Of a DNA stretch of 64,000 bases, positions 55,108 through 63,486 are shown piece by piece. Below the pieces are notes generated by a model. That model did no database searches and was not told the DNA's origin. It saw nothing but the letters and a program-made list of their open reading frames with translations. A program made the position numbers and the translations under genes. The DNA comes from a bacterium. Its GTDB lineage: Bacteria > J088 > JAWLBW01. Location: the NCBI GenBank assembly GCA_041690355.1, contig JAWLHK010000008.1, positions 71,374 to 135,373 on the forward strand, in the 5' to 3' direction. The stretch's first letter is position 1; every line of letters starts with the position of its first letter.

Positions 55108-57597
55108 ATGAAAACCGTCGATATTGGAATTGACCTCGGAACCACGAACTCGGCCATCGCGCGCGCCGCGGGCGAAGACGTCACCGTCTTCAAGAATCGC
55201 GACCGCATGGATGTGACCCCCTCGGTGGTGCGCATCGACCAGAGCGGACGCATCATCGTGGGCCGCCGCGCCTACGACAGCCGCATCGTCTGCCCGGGCG
55301 ACGTGGCCCTGGAGTTCAAGCGCACGATGGGGCAGTCCGATCGCATCCCCTTCGAGAGCACGGGGCGCGAGTTGACCGCCGAGGAGCTTTCCGCAGAAGT
55401 CCTCAAATCGCTGCTCGAGGATGCGGCGCGCGGGGGCGGCGAACCGGCGACCGCCGCCGTCGTGACCGTGCCGGCCGCGTTCGGCCAGCTGCAGTGCGAG
55501 GCGACGGCGCGCGCCGCGAAGCGCGCCGGCCTGAAGCAGACCGTGCTGCTGCAGGAGCCGATTGCCGCGGCCATCGCTTACGGCATCCGGCCCGAAGGAC
55601 AGGACTGCCGCTTTCTCATCTACGATCTCGGCGGCGGAACCTTCGACCTGGCGCTCATGTCGACGCACGGGGGACAGATCTCGGTCATCGAGCACCGCGG
55701 CGACAGCATGCTCGGCGGCAAGGATGTCGATCAGCTGATCGTCGATCGCATCCTGCTGCCGGCCATTGCCGCGAAGTTCAATCTCCCGCCCGGCGAGCCG
55801 TCGCGGCAGCTGCGTCAGGCGCTGTACCGCGCCGCCGAGGAGGCGAAGATCGAGCTCTCGCAGGCCGAGACCTTTCTCGCCGTCGTCCTCGACGCGGGTA
55901 ACGATGCCGATGGCGACGCTATCGAGCTCGAGCTGGAGATCTCCCGCGCGGCGCTGGAGACGCTCGTGACCCCGCTCCTGCAGCGCACCGTCGATCTCTG
56001 TCGCACGGCGCTGACTGACGCGGGGGTCGAGCCGAAGGAGCTCTCTTGCATGCTGCTCGTCGGCGGGCCGACGCAGATGCCCGTCGTGCGGCGGCTGCTC
56101 GCAGGGGCGTTTCCGGGCGTGACCATCGATACGTCGCTCGATCCGATGACGGTCGTCGCACGGGGTGCCGCGCTCTATGCCTCGACCCTGGTGCGAGAAG
56201 GGGACGAAGCCGAAACGCCGGCTGCGCCGGATGCCGTCGCGCTTCAGATCGCCTGCGAACCGGTGTGGAATGAACCGACGTGTCCCCTGTACGGACGGGT
56301 GGATCAGATGCCCGACGGCGCGACCGCGCTCGAGGTGCGTGTCGAAGCCGCCGGCGGCCAGTGGAGCAGCGGATGGGTTCCCGTCGCGGACGGGACCTTT
56401 GAGCTTGAACTCCACCTCGTCGGTCAGGGGGTGACGCGTTTCGAAATCTCACTGCGCAACGAGGAGGGGCGCAGCTATCCGGCATCGCCGGCTTCCGTTC
56501 AGGTGCGCAGAGGGCTCGCGGTGGCGAATCCGCCGCTGCCGCACAGCATCGGCGCCGAGGTGGTCGACGAACAGGGCGTGGCCAGCGTCGACATCCTCTT
56601 CCCCCGCTCCACGTCGCTGCCGGCAAGCGTGCGCAAGACCTACCACGCCCGCCACACGCTGCGCCCGAGCGAGCCCGACCGGTCTCTCGCCATCAAGATC
56701 TGGGAGGGCGAGTATCCCGATCCCGAAGCGAACCAGTGGGTAGGGGGACTCATGATCCACGCGTCCGAGATTGAACGGCCGATTCCCGAAGGGGCCGACA
56801 TCGAGCTCGAGCTGCGCATCGACGCCTCACGCTGCATGACGGTCGAGGCCTATGTGCCGATTCTCGACCAGCACTTCACCGAGCGCGTCTACGTTCCCGA
56901 AGAGAACGAAGAGGCGGCGCTCGACGACGCCGAAGAGGTGCGCGATGTCGTCGACGAGCAGATCGATCGCTTGCGCACGGTCGAATATCAGGCGCGGCTC
57001 GTCGGCGACGACCTGACCCGGATGGAGCTGCGTCATCTGGAGCGCGGCCTCGAGGATATCCACATCGAATCGGCGAACGCGCCCCGCGATCCGGACAGTG
57101 CGCGCCGTCTCGTGCAGAAGGCCAAGGAGCTGCGAGGCAAGCTGTCGCTCGTCGAACAGCGGTTGCGTCGGGGCTCGGGACTCTCGCTGGCGATCCGGGA
57201 GTACGAGCGCGTACTCGGCGATACGCGCCGGGTGGTCGCGGAGTATGCGAAGGCCTCCGAGGCACAGGAGTTCGAGATTCTCGAGCGAGAAGGGAATGCG
57301 GCGCGCGAGCACGGCGACATGAACGGCATGAAAGACGCGATACGAGACCTCAAGCGCCTCTACGTCCGGATCGCCGCCCAGCACGATTGGTACTGGACAG
57401 AGTGGATGGAAAGCATCATCGCCCTGCCCGACACTCATCTGCTGCCGCCCGAGGCCCGGCAACAGCTCGAGCACGGCCGCCTGGCGCTGCAGCGCGGCAA
57501 CATCGCCGACGTCAAGGCGGCGGTGCGCTACCTCTGGCGGTATGTCTCCGGCGGGGGCGGCGGGGCGATGGGCTCCGAAAGCGGCATCCGCCACTGA
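55108..57597 (+). CDS. Atypical long Hsp70-family protein (829 aa)
   Basis: GIDLGTTNS, VTVPAAF, EPIAAAIAYG, YDLGGGTFD, AEEAKIELS, LLVGGPTQMP; ~100-aa insert before an SBD-like segment PHSIG...IWEGE...LRIDAS; helical C-terminus. Confidence 0.92.
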   Translation: MKTVDIGIDLGTTNSAIARAAGEDVTVFKNRDRMDVTPSVVRIDQSGRIIVGRRAYDSRIVCPGDVALEFKRTMGQSDRIPFESTGRELTAEELSAEVLKSLLEDAARGGGEPATAAVVTVPAAFGQLQCEATARAAKRAGLKQTVLLQEPIAAAIAYGIRPEGQDCRFLIYDLGGGTFDLALMSTHGGQISVIEHRGDSMLGGKDVDQLIVDRILLPAIAAKFNLPPGEPSRQLRQALYRAAEEAKIELSQAETFLAVVLDAGNDADGDAIELELEISRAALETLVTPLLQRTVDLCRTALTDAGVEPKELSCMLLVGGPTQMPVVRRLLAGAFPGVTIDTSLDPMTVVARGAALYASTLVREGDEAETPAAPDAVALQIACEPVWNEPTCPLYGRVDQMPDGATALEVRVEAAGGQWSSGWVPVADGTFELELHLVGQGVTRFEISLRNEEGRSYPASPASVQVRRGLAVANPPLPHSIGAEVVDEQGVASVDILFPRSTSLPASVRKTYHARHTLRPSEPDRSLAIKIWEGEYPDPEANQWVGGLMIHASEIERPIPEGADIELELRIDASRCMTVEAYVPILDQHFTERVYVPEENEEAALDDAEEVRDVVDEQIDRLRTVEYQARLVGDDLTRMELRHLERGLEDIHIESANAPRDPDSARRLVQKAKELRGKLSLVEQRLRRGSGLSLAIREYERVLGDTRRVVAEYAKASEAQEFEILEREGNAAREHGDMNGMKDAIRDLKRLYVRIAAQHDWYWTEWMESIIALPDTHLLPPEARQQLEHGRLALQRGNIADVKAAVRYLWRYVSGGGGGAMGSESGIRH

Positions 57598-57613
57598 GTT
57601 TCGCCCGAAACAC

Positions 57614-57649
57614 AAAGACCCTCTCGCTCGCCCGCGAGAGGGTCTTTTC
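57614..57649. terminator. Bidirectional rho-independent terminator
   Basis: AAAGACCCTCTCGC...GCGAGAGGGTCTTTT between convergent genes. Confidence 0.8.
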
Positions 57650-57667
57650 ATGCGGCGGGGGAACCGG

Positions 57668-58066
57668 TCAGCCTGCGACGGGCTCGGAGCGCACCCACGC
57701 GATGGCGCTGTCGACGCTCGTATGAAAGGCGAGCTCCGACATGCCGCTCTCGCTGGCGATGCGGCCGATCTGCATCTTCGTGAGCGAACTCTCGACGACG
57801 CTGGCGGCGCGTGCCATTCCCTCCTGAACGGCGGCCCCCATGAGCATGCCGTGGATAGCCTGCACCGGTTCGCGCTGCGGAGGAAAGCGGCGAATGTCGG
57901 CGATGACGAACCAGGGGCCCGGCTTCATGTCCGGATACATGGCGAGCATGTCCTTCCGGTAGTTCTCGGCGAGGGCGTCATCCCACATCCCCCAGATGGT
58001 GAGGAGCAGGACGTCCCCCTTCTTTTCAATCTGATAACCCTTTTTTTCATCACCGGACTTGCGCAT
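57668..58066 (-). CDS. Small hypothetical protein (STAS/SEC14-like)
   Basis: 132 aa with pattern GMWD...W.VIADIR.F...G....A.VV.S...KMQ..RI.....F.S...A..W; RBS GAGAGG. Confidence 0.65.
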   Translation of the reverse strand: MRKSGDEKKGYQIEKKGDVLLLTIWGMWDDALAENYRKDMLAMYPDMKPGPWFVIADIRRFPPQREPVQAIHGMLMGAAVQEGMARAASVVESSLTKMQIGRIASESGMSELAFHTSVDSAIAWVRSEPVAG

Positions 58067-58164
58067 GCAATACCTCTCTTATGGAACACAAATGTGGCAT
58101 GGACTCCACATTAAAGTAGCAGAGAGGGGCGGTTTCCGCCTTGCGCGCTGCGTCGGCGGGGGGC

Positions 58165-59262
58165 TCAGGCGTTCCCGGATTCCCTTGCGGCCGAAAGGGC
58201 GGGTGCCTCCGCGGGCCGGTCGAGTAACCAGCCGGTGAGGCCGATGAGCGCCAGGATCGTGGCGGCCAGCGGAAGTTTTTCGGCCAGCGTTCCACCCGCG
58301 ACGCTCAGGTAGACGCCGAAGCCCGCCACGGCGAGCAGGAAGGTCACGAGCGCCCCGCGGCGGAAGGGTGGCGGCGCGGCCGCGGCGAACCTGGGGGCGT
58401 ATCCTTCCTGCTTCTCCCATGCCGGCAGATTTCGCGGCCGCCATCCCGTCGGGCGGAACCAGATTGTCAGCTTGTCGCTCCACCGGTCGGCCGCGCGGAC
58501 GTCCTTCCACAGCAGCGCGAAGACGTGGCCGACGGTGACGAATGGATTCCAGCTGTGCGGCGGCGTGGTCACGCCGTAGACGACGGGTTCCTCTTCCAGT
58601 TCCTCCTGAAACGTACCGAAGAGACGGTCCCAGACGATCAATGTGCCGCCGTAGTTGCGATCCATGTAGATCGGATTCTGGCCGTGATGTACGCGGTGAT
58701 GCGACGCCGTGTTGAAAACGAACTCGATCCACCGCGGCAGTTTCGGAATGTGCCGGCTGTGCAGCCAGAACTGGTAGAGCAGGTTCAGCCCGAGCACGGC
58801 AGCGAAGACGTCATAGGGGATACCCAGCAGCGCGAGCGGAAGATAATAGAGCACCTCGTACGGCGCCGAAGTCCACTCCTGTCGCAGGGCGGTCGTCAGG
58901 TTGTATTCTTCGCTGCTGTGGTGCTGTACGTGCGAGGCCCAGAGCACGTTCACGGTGTGGCCGAAACGGTGGAACCAGTAGAAGCAGAAATCGGCGAGCA
59001 CGTAGGCGACGATCCAGACGAGCGGATCGGCCGGATCCAGTTCCAGCAGGTGCCAGGCGTCGTAGAGGCCTGCGTAGAGAAACAGCTCGAGGCCGACGAA
59101 CAGCGTCTTCACGACGACCGAGCCGACCCCCATGAGCAGGCTGTTCAGACTGTCGCTGAACACGAAACGCTCGTGTTTGCGCAGGGTCGCGCCGAGCTCG
59201 ATCGCCATGAGCAGGGCGAAGTAGCCGGCGACCACCAGATAGACTGTCGTACTGAAGACCAT
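58165..59262 (-). CDS. Sterol desaturase / fatty-acid hydroxylase family protein (alkylglycerol monooxygenase-like)
   Basis: DFCFYWFHR, WASHVQHHSSEEYNLTTALRQ, YQFWLH, SHHRVHH, DRNYGG. Confidence 0.9.
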   Translation of the reverse strand: MVFSTTVYLVVAGYFALLMAIELGATLRKHERFVFSDSLNSLLMGVGSVVVKTLFVGLELFLYAGLYDAWHLLELDPADPLVWIVAYVLADFCFYWFHRFGHTVNVLWASHVQHHSSEEYNLTTALRQEWTSAPYEVLYYLPLALLGIPYDVFAAVLGLNLLYQFWLHSRHIPKLPRWIEFVFNTASHHRVHHGQNPIYMDRNYGGTLIVWDRLFGTFQEELEEEPVVYGVTTPPHSWNPFVTVGHVFALLWKDVRAADRWSDKLTIWFRPTGWRPRNLPAWEKQEGYAPRFAAAAPPPFRRGALVTFLLAVAGFGVYLSVAGGTLAEKLPLAATILALIGLTGWLLDRPAEAPALSAARESGNA

Positions 59263-59306
59263 GCGGACTCCTTGCGGAAGGCGAGGGGAATACCTACACT
59301 CTAAAC

Positions 59307-59326
59307 TGAATAGATTCTCGTATTCA
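59307..59326. promoter_or_regulatory. Putative TetR operator between the divergent desaturase and TetR genes
   Basis: TGAATA-8 bp-TATTCA dyad in an AT-rich spacer. Confidence 0.45.
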
Positions 59327-59343
59327 AATCGTATACCCCTCGC

Positions 59344-60060
59344 ATGTTTGCACCCACGCCGGTCACCGCGCCGCTTCCGCGTTCGTCGCTGCTCAAGCTC
59401 CCGCGGCAGCCGCGTTCGGTCGCCATGATCCACCGCATTCTCGACGCGGCCATGGAGCTTCTCGAAACCGAGGGGAGCGCGGCCTTCACGGCCAACCGCG
59501 TGGCCGAGCGCGCCGGAATCAGCCCGGGATCGCTGTACCAGTATTTCGCGAACAAGGAGATGATCCTGGCCGGGATCATCGAGCGATCGGTCATCGAGAC
59601 CGAACAGCTGATTCAGCAGACCTTCCTGCATTCCCGCGGTGTTGCCATCGAGACGCTGGTGGAGTCGCTGTTCGGCGCCATCGCGGCCAGCCTCGAGCCG
59701 TACCGCGAGGTGGTGCGCGAGATTTTCACCGGCGTGCCCCTGCTGGCCGACACCTCGGTTCCCGCCATGCTCGAGCGCACGTTTCTCGACGCGCTGCGGA
59801 ACTATCTGGTGCTGAACCAGGACGACTACCGGCTTGAAGGCGGCCTCGCGGCCATGTGGGTTTCGGTCAACAGCGGCATCCTTCTGTTCCTCAAGTGGAT
59901 GGTCGACCGTCCGGCGACCTTCACGGACGAGGAATTCTTCGCGGCACTGGCGCGTCAGGTCTCGAATCCGATCCGGCGGCGAACCGAGCGGGACAAGCGC
60001 CAGGCGTCAGGGATCAAGCGCCAAGCGCTGAGCGCCAAGCGCCGAGGAAACAAGGGCTGA
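59344..60060 (+). CDS. TetR/AcrR family transcriptional regulator
   Basis: PRQPRS...RILDAA...FTANRVAERAGISPGSLYQYFANKE. The C-terminus runs into heptamer repeats. Confidence 0.9.
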   Translation: MFAPTPVTAPLPRSSLLKLPRQPRSVAMIHRILDAAMELLETEGSAAFTANRVAERAGISPGSLYQYFANKEMILAGIIERSVIETEQLIQQTFLHSRGVAIETLVESLFGAIAASLEPYREVVREIFTGVPLLADTSVPAMLERTFLDALRNYLVLNQDDYRLEGGLAAMWVSVNSGILLFLKWMVDRPATFTDEEFFAALARQVSNPIRRRTERDKRQASGIKRQALSAKRRGNKG

Positions 60061-60365
60061 GCAGACAAACTCGTCACTCGTCACTTGGAGAAGCGCCGAG
60101 CGCTGAGCGCCAAGCGCCGAGGAAACAAGGGCTGATCCGGCCCGGCCCCCGTGCCTGCTCCTCCGTTCGTGTCGAGCCGACGGCCGGCAGCAGCGCCCCT
60201 CCCTTAGGTCGGGACAGGCTCCGGCGACGGCGAGACAGGCGCCATGGGCCACCAGGTGCGCCCCCTCGCTGTCGCGCTCCACTCCGTTTCGCGCCGTCAG
60301 CTCGGGACGAACGGGTGGGGCCCTTGCTGACAATCGTAAATCGTAAATCGTAAATTGTAAATTGT
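60016..60365 (+). repeat. 45-bp direct repeat (60016-60060 / 60091-60135), full REP/MITE-like element (60163-60314) and AATCGTA heptamer array
   Basis: aagcgcc(a/g)agcgctgagcgccaagcgccgaggaaacaagggctga occurs twice; element homologous to 41175-41324; (aatcgta)n at 60332-60362. Confidence 0.85.
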
Positions 60366-60383
60366 GCTGGTAGACTGTGGGCC

Positions 60384-61274
60384 ATGTCTCCCTGTCGCCT
60401 TACTCCCTGGGCGGCAGCCGTGCTGCTCCTGGCCGCGTGCGCCGAAGACGCCCCTTCGCCGCCGCTCCCTCCGGCCGAGTGCAACGGCGCCGCCGTGCTT
60501 TGCGAACGTCCCTACAACGAAGTCGTCTACCTGACGGCGCACAACGCGATGTCGCATATGGACGCGTTCTGGCTGGCGCCCAACCAGAACCACGGCATTC
60601 CGCAGCAGCTGACCGACGGCGTGCGCGGAATTTCGCTCGATTTCCACGAAGACCCCGATGATCCGAACGAGCCGCTGCTCTGCCACGGCTACTGCGCGGC
60701 GGGCTCTGCCGTGCTCGTGGACGAGCTCGAAGGAATCCGCCTGTTCCTCGAGGAACATCGGAACGAAGTGGTCACGATTCTTTACGAAGGGGGCATCGCG
60801 GACGAAATCGTGGCCGCGGTCTTCGAGCGCGCCGGCCTGACCGAATACCTGCACGCGCAGCCGTTGGGGGAGCCGTGGCCGACGCTCGCGCAGATGATTG
60901 AGAGCGGCAGGCGCCTGGTGGTCTTCTCCCAGGATCGCGGCGGCGGAACCCCGTGGCTGCACCGCATGTGGGAGTACACCTGGGACACGCCGTACCACTA
61001 CGAGGCGGTCGAGGAATTCGACTGCTCCGTCGGCCGCGGCGATCCGGAGAACACGATCTTCCAGATCAACCACTTCCTCACGGCGCCGCTCGCGGCCATC
61101 GAGTTCGCTGAGGTCGCGAACACGTACGAGGTGCTCACGGAGCGCGTCGCCCGCTGCGAAGCAGAAGTCGGGAAGCTACCGACGTTTCTCTGGGTCGACT
61201 TCTACGCCACCGGCGATGCGAAACGGGTGGTCGATGAATTGAATGGGGTGGAAGTGTTACTGGCCGATCAGTGA
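60384..61274 (+). CDS. PI-PLC-like phosphodiesterase lipoprotein
   Basis: Lipobox LLAAC; TAHNA, QLTDGVRG..LD.H, LCHG, EVVTI, WPTL..MI..G.RLVVF, NHFL, VDFY. Confidence 0.85.
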   Translation: MSPCRLTPWAAAVLLLAACAEDAPSPPLPPAECNGAAVLCERPYNEVVYLTAHNAMSHMDAFWLAPNQNHGIPQQLTDGVRGISLDFHEDPDDPNEPLLCHGYCAAGSAVLVDELEGIRLFLEEHRNEVVTILYEGGIADEIVAAVFERAGLTEYLHAQPLGEPWPTLAQMIESGRRLVVFSQDRGGGTPWLHRMWEYTWDTPYHYEAVEEFDCSVGRGDPENTIFQINHFLTAPLAAIEFAEVANTYEVLTERVARCEAEVGKLPTFLWVDFYATGDAKRVVDELNGVEVLLADQ

Positions 61275-61288
61275 GGTGGTTTGAACCT

Positions 61289-61395
61289 CCCGCCCTGAGC
61301 TGACGGGCGCGACCAGCGCAAGCGCCGACAGCGTGCGGGCGTCGTTCCCGCCCTCGTTTCCGGCGGCACGTCCAAGCGTCGACTCAACGCGGGAA
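61289..61395 (-). repeat. REP-like element, second subtype, near full length
   Basis: cccgccctgagctgacgggcgcgaccagcgcaagcgccgacagcg ... cgtcgactcaacgcggg. Confidence 0.6.
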
Positions 61396-61500
61396 GCCCT
61401 CAGGGTTCTGCCTTGGGCAGGTAGTTGTCGGTCCCTTGCTTCGGTCCTTGTGGATTCCCCCACTCTCCCCCTCCCCCACTCCGAGGGAAGGCACGTGAAG

Positions 61501-62565
61501 TCACATCCCCACGGGCGCCCGCCGTATGATCTTCCCGACTGCTTCCGCGAGCTGCACGGTGGCCGTGCGGGCCGAATCCTGAATGCCGATCATGTGGATG
61601 AAGCCGTGCCCCATGCCGGCGATGCGCAGGTGCTCGACCTCGTTTCCCGCCGTGCGCAGGGCGTCGACGTAGCATTCCGCCTCGTCGCGCAGCGGATCGA
61701 AATCGGCCGTCAGCACGATGGCCGGCGGCAGACCCGAAAGATCGGCCGCCAGCAGCGGCGCGACACGCGGATCACGCTTGTCGGTTCCCGGCGGCAGGTA
61801 GTTGCCCATGAAATACTCGCGGTCTTCGGTCGTGAGGATGTACCCCTTGCCGAACTTGGCGAGCGACGGCCATTCGGTAATCGACTCCACGGTCGGATAA
61901 ATGAGGATCTGCGATTGCGGCGCCTCGCCGGCCGCCGTGGCGAGCTGGGCGATCACGGCCGACAGATTTCCGCCGGCGCTGTCGCCGCCGACGGCGATGC
62001 GTCCCGGTTCTGCCCCGAGTTCCGCGGCGTTTGCGCGCGCCCAGCGGTAGGCGGCGAGGGAATCTTCGACGGCGGCCGGAAACGGGTGCTCGGGAGCCAG
62101 CCGGTACTCCACCGAAAGCACGCGGATGCGCGCCTGCTTCGCGATCAGGCGGCAGGGCGCATCATGCGTCTCCACGTCGCCGATGACGAAGCCGCCGCCG
62201 TGATAGTAGACCAGCAGGGGACCCTCTTCTGCGCCGGGCGGAACGTACAGGCGCGCCCGCTGGTTCCCCGCCGCCGCGGGATATTCCAGGTCGCGCACCT
62301 CGGCCATCGCTTCGGGGATGCCCGAGCCCACGCGGGCTTCGCGGCGGTACTTGCGCCGTGCGGCCGGCGGCGGCAGCTCGTGGAGCTCCTTCTCGGGCAT
62401 CCTGGCGCGGATGGCGAGGATCATCTGGAGCTGCGCATCCAGGGTCAACCCGTCGACCACGATCCGCTTCTTACCCGAAAGCAGAATCTGCAGCGGTTCG
62501 GGCAAGCGCCCGAGGGCGCGTACGAGGGAATACTGAATCTGTTCCGGCAGCGGCAAGTGGGCCAT
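61501..62565 (-). CDS. HSL-family esterase/lipase
   Basis: HGGGFV, YRLAPEHPFPAA, GDSAGG, DPLRDE, HGF. Confidence 0.92.
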   Translation of the reverse strand: MAHLPLPEQIQYSLVRALGRLPEPLQILLSGKKRIVVDGLTLDAQLQMILAIRARMPEKELHELPPPAARRKYRREARVGSGIPEAMAEVRDLEYPAAAGNQRARLYVPPGAEEGPLLVYYHGGGFVIGDVETHDAPCRLIAKQARIRVLSVEYRLAPEHPFPAAVEDSLAAYRWARANAAELGAEPGRIAVGGDSAGGNLSAVIAQLATAAGEAPQSQILIYPTVESITEWPSLAKFGKGYILTTEDREYFMGNYLPPGTDKRDPRVAPLLAADLSGLPPAIVLTADFDPLRDEAECYVDALRTAGNEVEHLRIAGMGHGFIHMIGIQDSARTATVQLAEAVGKIIRRAPVGM

Positions 62566-62577
62566 CGCTGTTCTCCC

Positions 62578-63456
62578 TTACACGAAGCGGACGTCGTCGC
62601 CCGACTCCTGCAGGGTTTTCAGCTGGCTGCCGGCCTGCTTTGCGGTCGCTGACATGACGAGCCGCTGGTACACCGACGGGAGCAGGCGCACCATCCAGTC
62701 GAGGAATTTGGCATCCGGTCCGATCAGCACGCGGCGGCGGTTCCTGCGCACGCCGGCGAGGATGACCTCCGCGGCTTTTTCCGGCGGGGTGATGAAGAGC
62801 TTCTCGAAGTCGCGATTGAGCTTTTCCGCGCCCGGAATGCTCTGAATGTCCTTCGACAGGCGGGCGTCGCGCGCGATGTTCGTCTTGATGCCCCCCGGAT
62901 GCACACTCGTGGCGCTCACCGGCGCGCCCGAGAGCTCGAGCTCCTGCCGCAATGCTTCCGTGAATCCGCGTACGGCGAACTTGGACGCATTGTAGGCGCT
63001 CTGCGTGGGGACCGCGAAAAGCCCGAAGACGCTCGACACGTTGATGACGTGTCCGTCGCCCGAGGCGTGCAGGTGCGGCAGAAATGCCTTCGTGCCGTAG
63101 ACGACCCCCCAGAAATTGATCCCCATGATCCACTCGAAGTCGTCGTAGGTGACCCCGGCGACCGTGCCGCCGAGGGCGACGCCGGCGTTGTTGAAGATCA
63201 GGTTGACGCGGCCATGGTCGGCGACGACCTGCTGCGCCCAGGCATACATGGCGGCGCGGTCGGCGACGTCGAGGCGCTGCGCGGTGACCTTCACGCCGAG
63301 GGCCCGCGCGTCGGCGGCGGTCTTCTGCACGCCCACTTCGTTGATGTCGCTCAGCGCGAGATCGCATTTCTGTTTTGCGAGAGTGAGCGCGAGGGCGCGG
63401 CCGATGCCCGATCCGGCTCCGGTGATGGCGGCGACTTTTCCGGCGAATGATTTCAC
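62578..63456 (-). CDS. SDR family oxidoreductase
   Basis: TGAGSGIG, FNNAG, YNASK. Confidence 0.92.
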   Translation of the reverse strand: MKSFAGKVAAITGAGSGIGRALALTLAKQKCDLALSDINEVGVQKTAADARALGVKVTAQRLDVADRAAMYAWAQQVVADHGRVNLIFNNAGVALGGTVAGVTYDDFEWIMGINFWGVVYGTKAFLPHLHASGDGHVINVSSVFGLFAVPTQSAYNASKFAVRGFTEALRQELELSGAPVSATSVHPGGIKTNIARDARLSKDIQSIPGAEKLNRDFEKLFITPPEKAAEVILAGVRRNRRRVLIGPDAKFLDWMVRLLPSVYQRLVMSATAKQAGSQLKTLQESGDDVRFV

Positions 63457-63486
63457 GGGGACTCCGATAAAAAGCAGGGATGGAAT

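Noticed and set aside
55108-57597. Calling this gene dnaK
   Set aside because: Too long, lacks the canonical linker and typical DnaK C-terminus, and sits with non-canonical partners.
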